Source: Pyrinomonadaceae bacterium (lineage in GTDB: Bacteria; Acidobacteriota; Blastocatellia; Pyrinomonadales; Pyrinomonadaceae). From it: a stretch of 38,430 bases of DNA. The notes beneath the pieces were generated by a model. It was not told the DNA's origin and searched no databases. It saw nothing but the letters and a program-made list of their open reading frames with translations. The translations under genes and the position numbers were made by a program. The DNA lies in assembly GCA_036824525.1 (NCBI GenBank), contig DAITAB010000002.1, positions 1 through 38,430 on the forward strand, in the 5' to 3' direction. Shown piece by piece: positions 1 through 9,761 of the stretch. Position 1 is the first letter of the stretch, and every line of letters starts with the position of its first letter.

Positions 1-1765
1 TTCCGCGCGTAGCGGTGACAGACGCCGATCCTCTTTCCACGCGGCGCGATGAGTCGGTCACTTCAGCTTCAAGTCGATAGGTGTAGTCCCATCGATCTTT
101 CTGATCGGCTGCCGGCAAATCAAACGCAACCTCGAGCTTTCCGTCCTTGTCGAGTCTTCCTTCGCCCTCTTTGACGATGTCGGAGCCATAACAGTAGTAG
201 CCGTCTTCCTCATCGGATTCCGAGTCTTCGGACATATAGTCTGAAGGATCTTCATCATCCGCCCACCATGTGTAATAACGAGTTCGATAAACGTAATATT
301 TCACATCCGCATTGCTAACGGGTGAGCCGAAAAAATATTTTGCATCGACGGAAAACCGCGTTGCGGTTCCGCTCTGCGCAAATTTATTTGGAACACTTAC
401 CTTGACCTTATATTCAGGTTTCTTGTATTCAAGCACCTCAAAACTGCCGCTCGCGGCGCCGCCGTCAATCTCTGCATTCACGCTGTAATAGCCAAGCGGC
501 GCCGTTTCGGGAATCTCAACTTCGCCACTGAAGGTTCCGCGTGAAGAAATCGGAATTGTCTTGGTCAAAACTTTTCCGTCGTCGGAATCTGTTATCGATA
601 CGTTCGCAATTCTCGATTTTGTGAGACCGTAACCGTTCTCATTTTGCTTGCGCAAAATTCCTTTGAAATAAACGGTCTGTTTCGGACGATAAACCGGACG
701 ATCGGTGTAAACGTATCCGACCAGATTCCTTCCTTCCTCAGGATCGTCTTCGTAGCCGAACAATTCATATATGTTCGTATCCGAAATAGTGAAATCTGAT
801 CCGCGATTTGCCGTGACGAGAAACGAGCCTTCCGCATCATAGTCACCATTCTCGTCATCAGCGACCGTATCATCTTCATTCTCCGACTTACCGCGCGCGA
901 TAGTAGTTTGAAGAATTCCGCGTTTATCCGTGGAACCTTTTCCAACTAACTTTTTTCTATTGAAAATTTCAACATTTGTTCCGGAATGCGGCGCGCCGGT
1001 TTTTCTATCTGCGGTATAAAGAAAAAGATTTCCGTCTGCGGTGGTTTTCTGAATCATTGCGATATCGGTAACGATCGCGACCGTATAAGCGCGCAAATCA
1101 CCGTTGACCGCTTCAATCAAATAAACTCCTGCGTCTTTCTTTCCAAGCGCGATGTTTTGACGGTCGTAATTATTTTCTTTCGCGGTCAAAACCTGACGCC
1201 ATGATTTTTCCAACTGATCGGGATTTAGGAGCGGAACGCGTGCGTAGTCCGAAACGTTGAGCGGCAAACGTCCGGCTTCTTCATCGGCAGCGGATCGAAA
1301 CTTCTCATTGAAAGCCGCTCGCGACTTACGCTTCAACTGCCGGCGAACGAAACTACGGACTCCATTGCGAATCCACGTCTGCCAATCCTCGATCTTTTTC
1401 AAAAGCCAAGGCGTCTCGCTATAGGTTTCCGCGAAATCAACTGATTCTTCTTTTCCTATCTGATGCGGGTTAGCAAGTTTCAGGAAAAACGCGCGCGGAT
1501 CTTTCACGCGATAAACGCGAAAATCCAGCGAATCGATATTGCGATAGTCGAGCCAGATTCTTGCGGAGTCACCTGAGCCATAAGTGCGCACTGTTGAGAG
1601 CGAAAAATATGGCTTCGCTTCCGGAGATGGAGATGGCGAGCCGCTTTCCGTCGGGACGGCATTTGCGACTTGAGCGTGTTGGACGTTCGCGATAAAGGAA
1701 AAAATTACGAGTAAAAGGAAAGCCAATAAAATGTGCAAGGTTAATCGCGCGTGGCGTGTTTTCAT
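1..1765 (-). CDS. Alpha-2-macroglobulin family protein, N-terminal MG-domain portion (3' end runs off the window)
   Basis: Absent from the ORF track because it has no stop inside the window. My translation of the minus strand from ATG (1765-1763) reads open to position 1. It gives MKTRHARLTLHILLAFLLLVIFSFIANVQHAQ (signal peptide), then DRPVYRPKQTVYFKGILRKQ, APLGYYSVNAEI, FEVLEYKKPEYKV and AKYFFGSPVSNADV, the pattern I associate with bacterial A2M MG1/MG2 domains. GGAG lies about 8 nt upstream of the ATG. Track ORFs 58-258, 592-945 and 986-1204 lie inside it in other frames. Confidence 0.8.
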   Translation of the reverse strand, partial: MKTRHARLTLHILLAFLLLVIFSFIANVQHAQVANAVPTESGSPSPSPEAKPYFSLSTVRTYGSGDSARIWLDYRNIDSLDFRVYRVKDPRAFFLKLANPHQIGKEESVDFAETYSETPWLLKKIEDWQTWIRNGVRSFVRRQLKRKSRAAFNEKFRSAADEEAGRLPLNVSDYARVPLLNPDQLEKSWRQVLTAKENNYDRQNIALGKKDAGVYLIEAVNGDLRAYTVAIVTDIAMIQKTTADGNLFLYTADRKTGAPHSGTNVEIFNRKKLVGKGSTDKRGILQTTIARGKSENEDDTVADDENGDYDAEGSFLVTANRGSDFTISDTNIYELFGYEDDPEEGRNLVGYVYTDRPVYRPKQTVYFKGILRKQNENGYGLTKSRIANVSITDSDDGKVLTKTIPISSRGTFSGEVEIPETAPLGYYSVNAEIDGGAASGSFEVLEYKKPEYKVKVSVPNKFAQSGTATRFSVDAKYFFGSPVSNADVKYYVYRTRYYTWWADDEDPSDYMSEDSESDEEDGYYCYGSDIVKEGEGRLDKDGKLEVAFDLPAADQKDRWDYTYRLEAEVTDSSRRVERGSASVTATRG

Positions 1766-1802
1766 TTTCAACTCCAAAAGCCTGCCGTTTTAATAACGAC
1801 CG

Positions 1803-2651
1803 CTAATCCAAAATCTTAAGTCGATAAAACCCGAGAAAGTTTTGATTGCTTTCCAGCGGTCTCCATTTCTTGTCGGGATGTTTATCTAAAACCGAAAGTG
1901 CGACCTTCTTAACCTGACCGCGATCGGAGGGCGAGTTTCCCGTGTGATAAACCACCCAATCGGGTTCCGTAGCGGCAACGGAACCGGATCGTCCGATGTA
2001 GATCATTACGTGATAAGGAAATTCCTGTGCGAAGGGTTGATTAAAAAAGAGAAGATCGCCGGTTTTTGCTTGCCTACGGTCGCGGCTGATGAAAGTTGAG
2101 TTGTAAGATCTCAAACTCTGCGCATCGGCAAACTCGTTAAAACTTCCGTTATCAAGATCGTCAAGAATAAAAGAATTATCGTTTGTCCGAAATAACTTCT
2201 CGCCAACCGGACTTTTTTCCAACGAAAATTTCCGAACGTCGGGCGCGACCGAAGAATACTCTGCGCCCATACGCGAAAACCACGCGCGATCATGACGTCT
2301 CAATGCTTCGCGCATCGCGAACCGAACCAGCCCGGCACAGTCGCGCTGCTCGATGTTCCACTGATTGCTTTCATTGTAAAACTGCAATTCCGCGATCATC
2401 GCAAACCATTTACGAAAATTCTCGCGATCGCTTGAAGTGGTTAGTTCGATAGGGTCGGGAATTCCGTCAGAATCGGAGTCTGCCCAATGAATGCCCTGGT
2501 GCTCGATTTGTAAACTTGTCGCCACACGAACCGAAGGAGTGAACTGAACGCACGACGAAAAGAACAAACCGCAGGTGATGACAAGAGCAGTTAAGGCTGA
2601 CTTGAAAAAGTCTCCGCCGATGGAATTTTGCGAGTTTCTAAGCGGCGCCAT
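1803..2651 (-). CDS. DUF1175 (YfaT-like) family protein, probable lipoprotein
   Basis: 282-aa ORF with a hydrophobic N-terminus ending LFFSSC. The motifs RDCAGLVRFAMREALRRHD and GDLLFF...YHVMIYIG match my recollection of DUF1175; the Cys...His arrangement is reminiscent of NlpC/P60-like hydrolases. It lies 37 nt upstream of, and co-oriented with, the A2M gene, as yfaT does with yfaS in E. coli. Confidence 0.65.
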   Translation of the reverse strand: MAPLRNSQNSIGGDFFKSALTALVITCGLFFSSCVQFTPSVRVATSLQIEHQGIHWADSDSDGIPDPIELTTSSDRENFRKWFAMIAELQFYNESNQWNIEQRDCAGLVRFAMREALRRHDRAWFSRMGAEYSSVAPDVRKFSLEKSPVGEKLFRTNDNSFILDDLDNGSFNEFADAQSLRSYNSTFISRDRRQAKTGDLLFFNQPFAQEFPYHVMIYIGRSGSVAATEPDWVVYHTGNSPSDRGQVKKVALSVLDKHPDKKWRPLESNQNFLGFYRLKILD

Positions 2652-3009
2652 GGACCCTCGATCAAGCGCATTGGGAATTGGTTACGTTTGATTCATTGCT
2701 AAGGAATCCACGAGCCACCAATCCGTTTCCTATTCGAGACATTGCATGCTCAGTAAGACAGTCGATTCCGAATGCGACTATCTTTTTCCTTCGCGAGATC
2801 AATTCGCGCGAAACACAACTCGCTCGAAATCTGCGTAAACTGTTAACACTCAATGCGCCAATGCCATCAACTTACTCTCGGACTAATTTCTCGTCAAGGG
2901 AATTCTTTTCCGGCTGCGAAGGGAAATTGAGATTGCGGTTTGGAGGCTTGCTCTACAGAGACTTCTTGATCGAGATGCATTCTGACGACACACGCGAAAT
3001 CACGTCAAT

Positions 3010-5475
3010 TTAGGTGATTCTCTCAAGGTTCGCGAACTTTTCGATTAGCTTTTTTTGACCAAAGCCGGGAAAGCTCACGGTCAGTTTTACGTTGTCGCCA
3101 CTGCCTTCGCGACGCAAAACCAAGCCGCGTCCGTATTTCAAATGCCTTACGTGAACTCCCGGAACGATTGAATCGGAGTTCTCGGATTTATGTTCAAGAT
3201 GAGACGGAGTTTTCTCGCGAGACGATGCGGCTTTTAATCGTTCCCATCCGGAGCTGGGACGTCGCTCTGGCTCTTCGGCGGTCTCGGTCTTAGATTCTTG
3301 GAAATCGTTCTCCGCGGGAATTTCTGTCGCGTTAACTTTCGACGCATTGAGTCCGCGCGCCTTGAAGAAATCGGCAATTGCCTCGGCGTTGTTATATGTT
3401 TTTCCGGTGTAAAGCTTTCGCGGTTTTTCTGTCTGTATCGAAGGCGTACGCATTTCCGGCGCGCTTCGACTTAGCTGAGAATTTCCTTCGCGGGCATAAG
3501 ACAGCCATGATGGACCCTGGGATAAATCCTCGATCAATTCAAGCGGAAGTTCATTTAGGAATTGCGAAGGTTCGGCAGCCATTTCTTCACCATAGATGCG
3601 CCGTCGCATCGAATGTGTCAGATATAAGCGCTTTTCCGCGCGGGTGATCGCGACGTATGCAAGGCGCCGCTCTTCTTCCAATTGTTTCGGATCATTAACG
3701 CTTCTCGAGTGCGGAAAAATACCGTCTTCGAGTCCGACTAAAAAGACCGTCGGAAATTCCAATCCCTTCGCGGCATGAATTGTCATCATAGTCACCGAAG
3801 CGTTTCGATCGTATTTGTCCGTGTCCGAAACTAAAGCGGCATGGTCAATAAAGTCTCGTAAACCACCTTCCGATTTATCGTATTCGACCGCTGCATTGAC
3901 GAGCTCCTCCAGGTTTTCCAGACGCGCATTCGCTTCATCGGAATTCTCCAACCGAAGCTCATTTGCATAACCGGTCAATTCAATTGCCGCAACGACTACA
4001 TCCGAGACCGGTCTTTCCAACGACGAGGATTCCGCAGTTTTCTTATGCAATTGCCCGATCACTTCACGAAAATCTTTCAATGCATTCAGCGCTCGCGATG
4101 TGAGACGCGCGACGGCTGAATCCGCGTCGTTTAAAATCCGCGCAATCGTCTCCCAGATTGAAGCGTCCGATTGGCGCGCCTGAAACTGCAATTCATCGAG
4201 CGACGTCTTACCAAGCCCGCGTGAAGGTGTATTGATTACGCGAAGCAAAGCGATGTCGTCGAAGGGATTAAGCGCAAGCTTCAGGTAGGCAATGATGTCT
4301 TTAACTTCCGCACGTTCATAAAATGAAAATCCGCCTACGAGGTTGTAATCGATGCGCATTCGCCGAAGCGCTTCTTCAAATTGCCGGGATTGCGAATTGG
4401 TTCGATAGAGAATCGCAAATTTCGTAGCGGCTGAGCTCATTTGTTCTTTTTCGATCATCGAAGCGACGAATCGAGCTTCGCCTTCCGCATCGAAAGCCTG
4501 AAAGTAAAAAGCTTTTTCACCGCCGGAATTTTTCGTCCAGAGCTTTTTCTCTTTGCGCGAGATGTTGTTTTTGATAATTGCGTCCGCAGCATCGAGAATC
4601 GTTTGAGTCGAACGGTAATTCTGTTCGAGCATAATCACTTGTGCTTGCGGAAAATGACTCTCAAACTGCAAGATATTTTGCACGTCAGCGCCGCGAAAAC
4701 CATAGATACTCTGCGCATCATCTCCGACAACACAAATATTCTGTTGCTTTTCGGTAAGAAACTTTATCAAGGCAAACTGAAGTGAATTCGTGTCCTGATA
4801 TTCATCAACGAGAATATATTTGTAACGATTATTATATTTTTCGCGTGTCGCCTCCGATTTACGAAGGAGTCGAACTGTCTTGATCAGCAAATCATCGAAG
4901 TCGAGCGCATTGGAATTCTCCAAACGCTCGACGTAAGCACGGAAGATGCGTGCTATTGATGCACGTTTTTCATCGGCAGACTCAACTCGCGCGGCATACA
5001 TTTCGTAATCTTCGCCGCGATTTTTCGCCGCGCTAATGGCGGCATATACGGAGCGCGGAGTTAACTGTTTTTCGTCGAGACCCAGATCTTTTGTGCAGGC
5101 TTTTAGAACTTTTAAGGTGTCGTCCGTATCGTAAATCGTGAAAGTTTTTGTAAAGCCTTCGTCGAGATGTTCGATATCCGCACGCAAAATCCTCACGCAC
5201 AAGCTGTGAAAAGTAGAGATCAGCGGCGCGCTCTGCAGCTTCTGATTTTCGAGCAGCGCCTCAACGCGTTCGCGCATTTCGCCGGCAGCTTTATTTGTAA
5301 ACGTTACGGCAAGAATGTTGTACGGAGGGATATTTTTTTCAGCGATGAGATACGCAATGCGAATTGTAATCACACGCGTTTTTCCCGAGCCTGCGCCCGC
5401 AAGAACAAGCAGAGGACCTTCCGTGTTTTTTACTGCCTCTAATTGTGGTGGATTAAGTGTCTCGAAAATTTCCAT
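3010..5475 (-). CDS. uvrD: ATP-dependent DNA helicase UvrD/PcrA (SF1A) with C-terminal Tudor-like domain
   Basis: 821 aa. Walker A AGAGSGKT follows LNPPQLEAV. Also present: DEYQDT (motif II), helicase motifs QNYRST, TIHAAKGLEF and VAITRA. The C-terminal VHVRHLKYGRGLVLRREGSGDNVKLTVSFPGFGQKKL resembles the UvrD/PcrA RNAP-binding Tudor-like tail. Confidence 0.95.
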   Translation of the reverse strand: MEIFETLNPPQLEAVKNTEGPLLVLAGAGSGKTRVITIRIAYLIAEKNIPPYNILAVTFTNKAAGEMRERVEALLENQKLQSAPLISTFHSLCVRILRADIEHLDEGFTKTFTIYDTDDTLKVLKACTKDLGLDEKQLTPRSVYAAISAAKNRGEDYEMYAARVESADEKRASIARIFRAYVERLENSNALDFDDLLIKTVRLLRKSEATREKYNNRYKYILVDEYQDTNSLQFALIKFLTEKQQNICVVGDDAQSIYGFRGADVQNILQFESHFPQAQVIMLEQNYRSTQTILDAADAIIKNNISRKEKKLWTKNSGGEKAFYFQAFDAEGEARFVASMIEKEQMSSAATKFAILYRTNSQSRQFEEALRRMRIDYNLVGGFSFYERAEVKDIIAYLKLALNPFDDIALLRVINTPSRGLGKTSLDELQFQARQSDASIWETIARILNDADSAVARLTSRALNALKDFREVIGQLHKKTAESSSLERPVSDVVVAAIELTGYANELRLENSDEANARLENLEELVNAAVEYDKSEGGLRDFIDHAALVSDTDKYDRNASVTMMTIHAAKGLEFPTVFLVGLEDGIFPHSRSVNDPKQLEEERRLAYVAITRAEKRLYLTHSMRRRIYGEEMAAEPSQFLNELPLELIEDLSQGPSWLSYAREGNSQLSRSAPEMRTPSIQTEKPRKLYTGKTYNNAEAIADFFKARGLNASKVNATEIPAENDFQESKTETAEEPERRPSSGWERLKAASSREKTPSHLEHKSENSDSIVPGVHVRHLKYGRGLVLRREGSGDNVKLTVSFPGFGQKKLIEKFANLERIT

Positions 5476-5625
5476 TCAAGTACTATGATACCCGAAAACT
5501 TTGATTCACTGAGAGAATAGCCGACGAATTAACTCAACTCAATGAAGACAACGGATTCCGGGAGAAAAACAATTGACAAATGTTCTATCAGGAATTATTC
5601 AATTCCTATCGCCTATGAATTCAAT

Positions 5626-7575
5626 ATGAAAAATTATTCGCGCCTTATACTTTGCTCTCTTGTCATTCTTTGTTTTTTCCAAACCTCACCCGCCTTCGCT
5701 GCTGATTCCTGGATACGTGTGAAGTCGAAAAACTTTGACCTGATCGGAAATGCCAGCGAAAAGAATATTCGAAAGGTCGCCACCAAACTTGAACAGTTTC
5801 GCGAAGTCTTTCGCAATGTTTTCAAAAACATCAATTTCACGTCGCCGATTCCGACGACGGTTATCGTCTTCAAGAGCGATCAATCCTACAAACCCTACAA
5901 GCCATTGAAAGCTGACGGAAAAATTGAAAAGTGGATTGCCGGATTTTTCCAGCCCGGTGAGGATGTGAACTACATCACTCTCTCGACCGAACGCGAATTG
6001 GACGAAACCTACGGGACGATTTTCCATGAATACGTTCACTTTCTGGTTGGAAATAACATCGGGAAATCGAATGTTCCACCCTGGTTTAATGAAGGACTGG
6101 CTGAGTATTACCAGACATTTTCGATCGCGGAAGATCAGAAGGTGATGCTCGGATATCCCCAGAATGGTCATCTCGAATTACTCCAACAAAATAAACTCAT
6201 TCCCTTCGAAACATTTTTCAATGTCACTCAATACGCTTTGCATCAGCAAGGTCAGGATGGCGTAGGTCTTTTCTATGCTCAGGCTTGGGCGCTCATGCAT
6301 TACCTGATACAGGGAAACGGTGGCGTGAGAAACCCTCAATTAAATACCTTTCTTAAACTGTTGCTGAGTGGTAAGGAACCGAAAGCGGCTTTCAACGAAG
6401 CCTTTCAAACCGATTTCAAGTCCATGGAGACTGAGTTAAAGAAATATGTTTCACAAAATTCTTATCGAGTCACCACAGTTCAGTTCAACAACAAGCTCGT
6501 GTTTGATTCCGAGATGCGAACTTTGCCGATATCCGAAGCGGACGCAATGGCACACCTTGGCGATTTGCTTTACCACATGAATCGTCTGAAAGAAGCCGAA
6601 ACAAAACTAAACGAGGCGATGACAATCGATCCATCGTCAACTATGGCGCTGACGTCACTTGGGCTCGTAAAAATGCGTCAGAAAGATTTCACTACCGCAA
6701 AAGGAATTCTCGAAAAGGCAATCGCCGCCGACTCGAAGAATTATCTCGCACTATATAACTATGCTTTCGTATTGAGTCGCGAGGGAATGGCAGATTCCGG
6801 ATTTGTGTCGGGCTACGCACCCGTGCAGGGAGAAAAGATACGAATGTCTCTGCGCCGTTCTATCGAATTAAATCCGGGTTATGCAGAAAGCTACGTGTTG
6901 CATGCGTTCGTAAACCTCGTCCAAAATTTCGAACTCGATGAAGCGGAGAAATATTTGCGCAAAGCGCTCGAAATCGCGCCCGGGAATTCGCGTTACCTGA
7001 TTTATCTCGCCGATTTGCATCTCCGAAAAGGTGATTTTTCAAAAGCGCGGGCAATTGCAACACGCATGGCAGCCACCGCCGATAATGTTCAAGAAAGGGC
7101 TTACGCCGAAAATACAATCCAAAGAATTGATGCCGCGCAACAGCAGATCGAAAGTTTCAAGAATGCCAAAGCAATTCCACGCGATGGGCTTAATATCTCC
7201 GACTCGATGACTGAAGATCAGATGCGCGAGGCGCGCGAAAAAGCGATGCTCTCATCGCTCAATCAGATTTTACGAAAACCGCAGCCTGATGAAACGCGAC
7301 GAATCGGAATCGTTACGAAAATTGATTGTTCGCGAAAACCGATTTTGTTTCACGTCAGGTTTAACGAAACCATTCAGCAACTGCAGACAGAAAATTTTGA
7401 AGGAATTGTGTTGATGTCCTACGACGCAGTTGCGGGAAACGTTGAGATGGGTTGCGGGCAGATGAAACAACAGTCAAACGCTGTTATCACTTTCCTACCG
7501 TCAAAAAACGCCAAGTTGCCGGGCGAAATTATTTCAATTGAGTATGTGCCAAAGAATTTCTCGTTGCCGGAGTAA
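5626..7575 (+). CDS. Secreted MA-clan metallopeptidase-like (DUF1570/Peptidase_MA_2-type) protein with TPR repeats
   Basis: HExxH = FHEYVHF, followed by PWFNEGLAEYY. TPR-like repeats cover roughly the middle third (AMAHLGDLLYHMNRLKEAETKLNEAMTIDP, ALTSLGLVKMRQKDFTTAKGILEKAIAAD and others). The signal peptide MKNYSRLILCSLVILCFFQTSPAFA begins at the internal ATG 5626, so I prefer this start over the track start 5542. That upstream extension has no signal peptide and contains a promoter-like TTGACA-17-TATTCA. Confidence 0.7.
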   Translation: MKNYSRLILCSLVILCFFQTSPAFAADSWIRVKSKNFDLIGNASEKNIRKVATKLEQFREVFRNVFKNINFTSPIPTTVIVFKSDQSYKPYKPLKADGKIEKWIAGFFQPGEDVNYITLSTERELDETYGTIFHEYVHFLVGNNIGKSNVPPWFNEGLAEYYQTFSIAEDQKVMLGYPQNGHLELLQQNKLIPFETFFNVTQYALHQQGQDGVGLFYAQAWALMHYLIQGNGGVRNPQLNTFLKLLLSGKEPKAAFNEAFQTDFKSMETELKKYVSQNSYRVTTVQFNNKLVFDSEMRTLPISEADAMAHLGDLLYHMNRLKEAETKLNEAMTIDPSSTMALTSLGLVKMRQKDFTTAKGILEKAIAADSKNYLALYNYAFVLSREGMADSGFVSGYAPVQGEKIRMSLRRSIELNPGYAESYVLHAFVNLVQNFELDEAEKYLRKALEIAPGNSRYLIYLADLHLRKGDFSKARAIATRMAATADNVQERAYAENTIQRIDAAQQQIESFKNAKAIPRDGLNISDSMTEDQMREAREKAMLSSLNQILRKPQPDETRRIGIVTKIDCSRKPILFHVRFNETIQQLQTENFEGIVLMSYDAVAGNVEMGCGQMKQQSNAVITFLPSKNAKLPGEIISIEYVPKNFSLPE

Positions 7576-7658
7576 TGGTGATGGTCGAAAAAACTTCCGT
7601 GAATCACGAAGGAGTCAAAATTCCAAGCAGGCAGGTTCAGATCAATTAACAAAAAAAA

Positions 7659-7732
7659 TACACCCGGCAAGATTCGAACTTGCGACCCTCTGATTCGAAG
7701 TCAGATACTCTATCCAGCTGAGCTACGGGTGC
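7659..7732 (-). tRNA. tRNA-Arg (anticodon UCG)
   Basis: Minus-strand 74-nt cloverleaf folded by hand: acceptor GCACCCG/CGGGTGT (one G-U), D-stem GCTC/GAGT, anticodon stem TCTGA/TCAGA with loop CTTCGAA (anticodon TCG), variable loop GGGTC, T-stem GCAAG/CTTGC with TTCGAAT loop, discriminator A. No encoded CCA. It is followed by a T8 run. Confidence 0.95.
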
Positions 7733-7781
7733 AAAAAACTTATTTGCATTATCTTTGCGCTTCCTTCGCAAAGTCAAACAG

Positions 7782-8189
7782 TTACTTCTGAAAGTCGCGA
7801 CGAATGAGCTTCACCAGGTCTTTTATTTCCTGATCTGTAATCTTCCCTTTGAACTTCGGCATTCCGTCGCCGCCGCCTTCAATCTGGTCTATGTACTCAG
7901 AGTCCGGTTCCTTTTTTAGCTTTTCGGACTTATAGCTCGGTACTTTAATTTTCGTTCCTTCAATTTCAAATTCGCCGCCTTCGCCATTGTCTTTATGACA
8001 TTTCGCGCAACGATCCGCGTAAATCTTCTTCGCCGCTGCGAGCTCATCCGGAGTGGGAAGGGAATTCGCGTTAACGGAAGTTGTATTAACGGCGGTTGTG
8101 TTTGGCGCGGACAGCTTTGTCTGATCGTCACACGCAAACAACATCAGACCGAGTGAAGTTACGCACACAAGAGTTTTCAGTTTGTTCAT
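7782..8189 (-). CDS. Class I c-type cytochrome, lipoprotein
   Basis: 135 aa. Lipobox MLFAC after a signal sequence, single heme-binding CAKCH, and a distal Met candidate in GGGDGMPKF. Confidence 0.85.
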   Translation of the reverse strand: MNKLKTLVCVTSLGLMLFACDDQTKLSAPNTTAVNTTSVNANSLPTPDELAAAKKIYADRCAKCHKDNGEGGEFEIEGTKIKVPSYKSEKLKKEPDSEYIDQIEGGGDGMPKFKGKITDQEIKDLVKLIRRDFQK

Positions 8190-8302
8190 TACTTACCTCG
8201 TATCAAACGATTTGATTGAAAATTTGCAAAAGTTTAACGTAATGCTGAACTCTTTACCAAGTCAGGCTCAATTGAAGCTGTGATCGTTCGAAGAACGCCA
8301 AT

Positions 8303-9730
8303 ATGAAGAATTCTGCTAATCGGAAGATTCTCATCGGAGGAACATGGCGCTCTACCGATCGATGTTTTTCCGTTCGTAATCCTTACAACGGAGACTTAAT
8401 TGCAGACGTTTGCTCCGCATCGGAATCCGACATCGAAGACACAATCGCATTTGCCCAAACGGCGTCGTTAGAATTACGTGAGACGACGCGTTTCGAACTT
8501 GCGAAGGCACTTGCAAAGATTTCCGATCTTATCGAAAAGCGGAAGGATGAATTCGCCAACACAATTGTAAACGAATCGGCGAAGCCGATTTCGCTGGCGC
8601 GTGCTGAGGTCGAACGTGCCAGCCGAACCTTTCATTTCGCCGCTATCGAAGCCGAGAAATTCGTCGGCGAAATTATTCCTATCGATGCACAATCAAACGG
8701 ACGCGGAAAAACGGGTCATACGATGCAGGTTCCGCTAGGAGTCATCTTCGGAATTACGCCGTTCAACTTCCCATTGAACTTAGTTGCACACAAAATCGCC
8801 CCTGCCTTGGCTTCGAGGAACTCGATAATTATCAAGCCGAGTCCCCGAACTCCGCTCACCGCGTTATTGCTTGGCGAGATATTTCTTGAAAGCGGGCTTC
8901 CAGGAAGCGCGGTGCAGATCGTACCGATGGATGTTGCTTTGATTGACATCATTTTGCGCGATGAAAGAGTGCATATGTTGAGTTTCACAGGAAGCGCGGA
9001 AGTCGGCTGGAATCTGAAATCGCGCATCGGTCGAAAGAAACTCGCGCTGGAACTTGGCGGTAACGCGCCGGTAATTGTTGATGAGACTGCGGACTACCAA
9101 CGGTCAATTGATCAGACATTAATCGGTGCGTTTGCCTTCGCCGGACAGGTTTGCATTTCCGTTCAACGCGTTTATGTTCATCAATCCTTCGCCGATGCCT
9201 GGATGAGGGATTTTGTTTCCGGCGCGAAAATTCTTTGCAAAGGAAATCCGGCTGAGGAGACCACTAAGCTCTCGGTGATGATCGATGAACCGGCGGCAAT
9301 TCGAGCAAAGCAATGGATCGATGAAGCCATCGGTGCGGGTGCGGTACTTCTTTGCGGCGGAACGAGAGACAGTTCGTTTCTCGATGCTACGGTCCTTACA
9401 AACACTTCATCGGAAATGCGCGTTGTTTCCGAAGAAGCCTTTGCGCCCGTAGTTGTATTGGAAAAGTTTTCGCATATCGACGAAGCGTTTTCCATGGCGA
9501 ACCAAACTAAATATGGTTTGCAGTGCGGCATCTTCACGCAAAATCTAGCCAATGCGCGAAGGGCAACTGAACAGTTGGAGTTTGGAAGTGTATTGATAAA
9601 CGAGATTCCGACATTCCGCGTCGATAATATGCCTTACGGCGGAGTTAAGTCGTCCGGATTTGGTCGCGAAGGTGTTCGATACGCGATGGAAGAGATGTCT
9701 GAGAGGCGGTTAGTTGTAATGAGTGATTAA
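8303..9730 (+). CDS. NAD(P)-dependent aldehyde dehydrogenase family protein
   Basis: 475 aa. General-base motif LELGGNAP, catalytic Cys in FAGQVCISVQR, cofactor motif FTGSAEVG, and a C-terminal PYGGVKSSGFGREG. Confidence 0.9.
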   Translation: MKNSANRKILIGGTWRSTDRCFSVRNPYNGDLIADVCSASESDIEDTIAFAQTASLELRETTRFELAKALAKISDLIEKRKDEFANTIVNESAKPISLARAEVERASRTFHFAAIEAEKFVGEIIPIDAQSNGRGKTGHTMQVPLGVIFGITPFNFPLNLVAHKIAPALASRNSIIIKPSPRTPLTALLLGEIFLESGLPGSAVQIVPMDVALIDIILRDERVHMLSFTGSAEVGWNLKSRIGRKKLALELGGNAPVIVDETADYQRSIDQTLIGAFAFAGQVCISVQRVYVHQSFADAWMRDFVSGAKILCKGNPAEETTKLSVMIDEPAAIRAKQWIDEAIGAGAVLLCGGTRDSSFLDATVLTNTSSEMRVVSEEAFAPVVVLEKFSHIDEAFSMANQTKYGLQCGIFTQNLANARRATEQLEFGSVLINEIPTFRVDNMPYGGVKSSGFGREGVRYAMEEMSERRLVVMSD

Positions 9731-9761
9731 GAAGAATATCGATATTCGGGAGAGTTTAAAC

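Noticed and set aside
58-1204. Track ORFs 58-258(-), 592-945(-) and 986-1204(+) as separate small genes
   Set aside because: All three lie inside the long uninterrupted minus-strand A2M frame (1-1765) in other frames, and none has a recognisable motif. They are frame-shadow ORFs.
2662-3013. Track ORFs 2662-2853(-) and 2678-3013(+) in the 358-nt gap between DUF1175 and uvrD
   Set aside because: They overlap each other on opposite strands, have no SD or recognisable motifs, and have odd composition. The gap is more likely a promoter/leader for the DUF1175-A2M pair. I could not identify a structured element there.
7576-7781. tRNA-Arg as an integration hotspot or genomic island boundary
   Set aside because: No integrase, excisionase or phage gene lies on either side, and I did not see a direct repeat of the tRNA 3' end elsewhere in the window. 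The flanking genes look like ordinary chromosomal genes.
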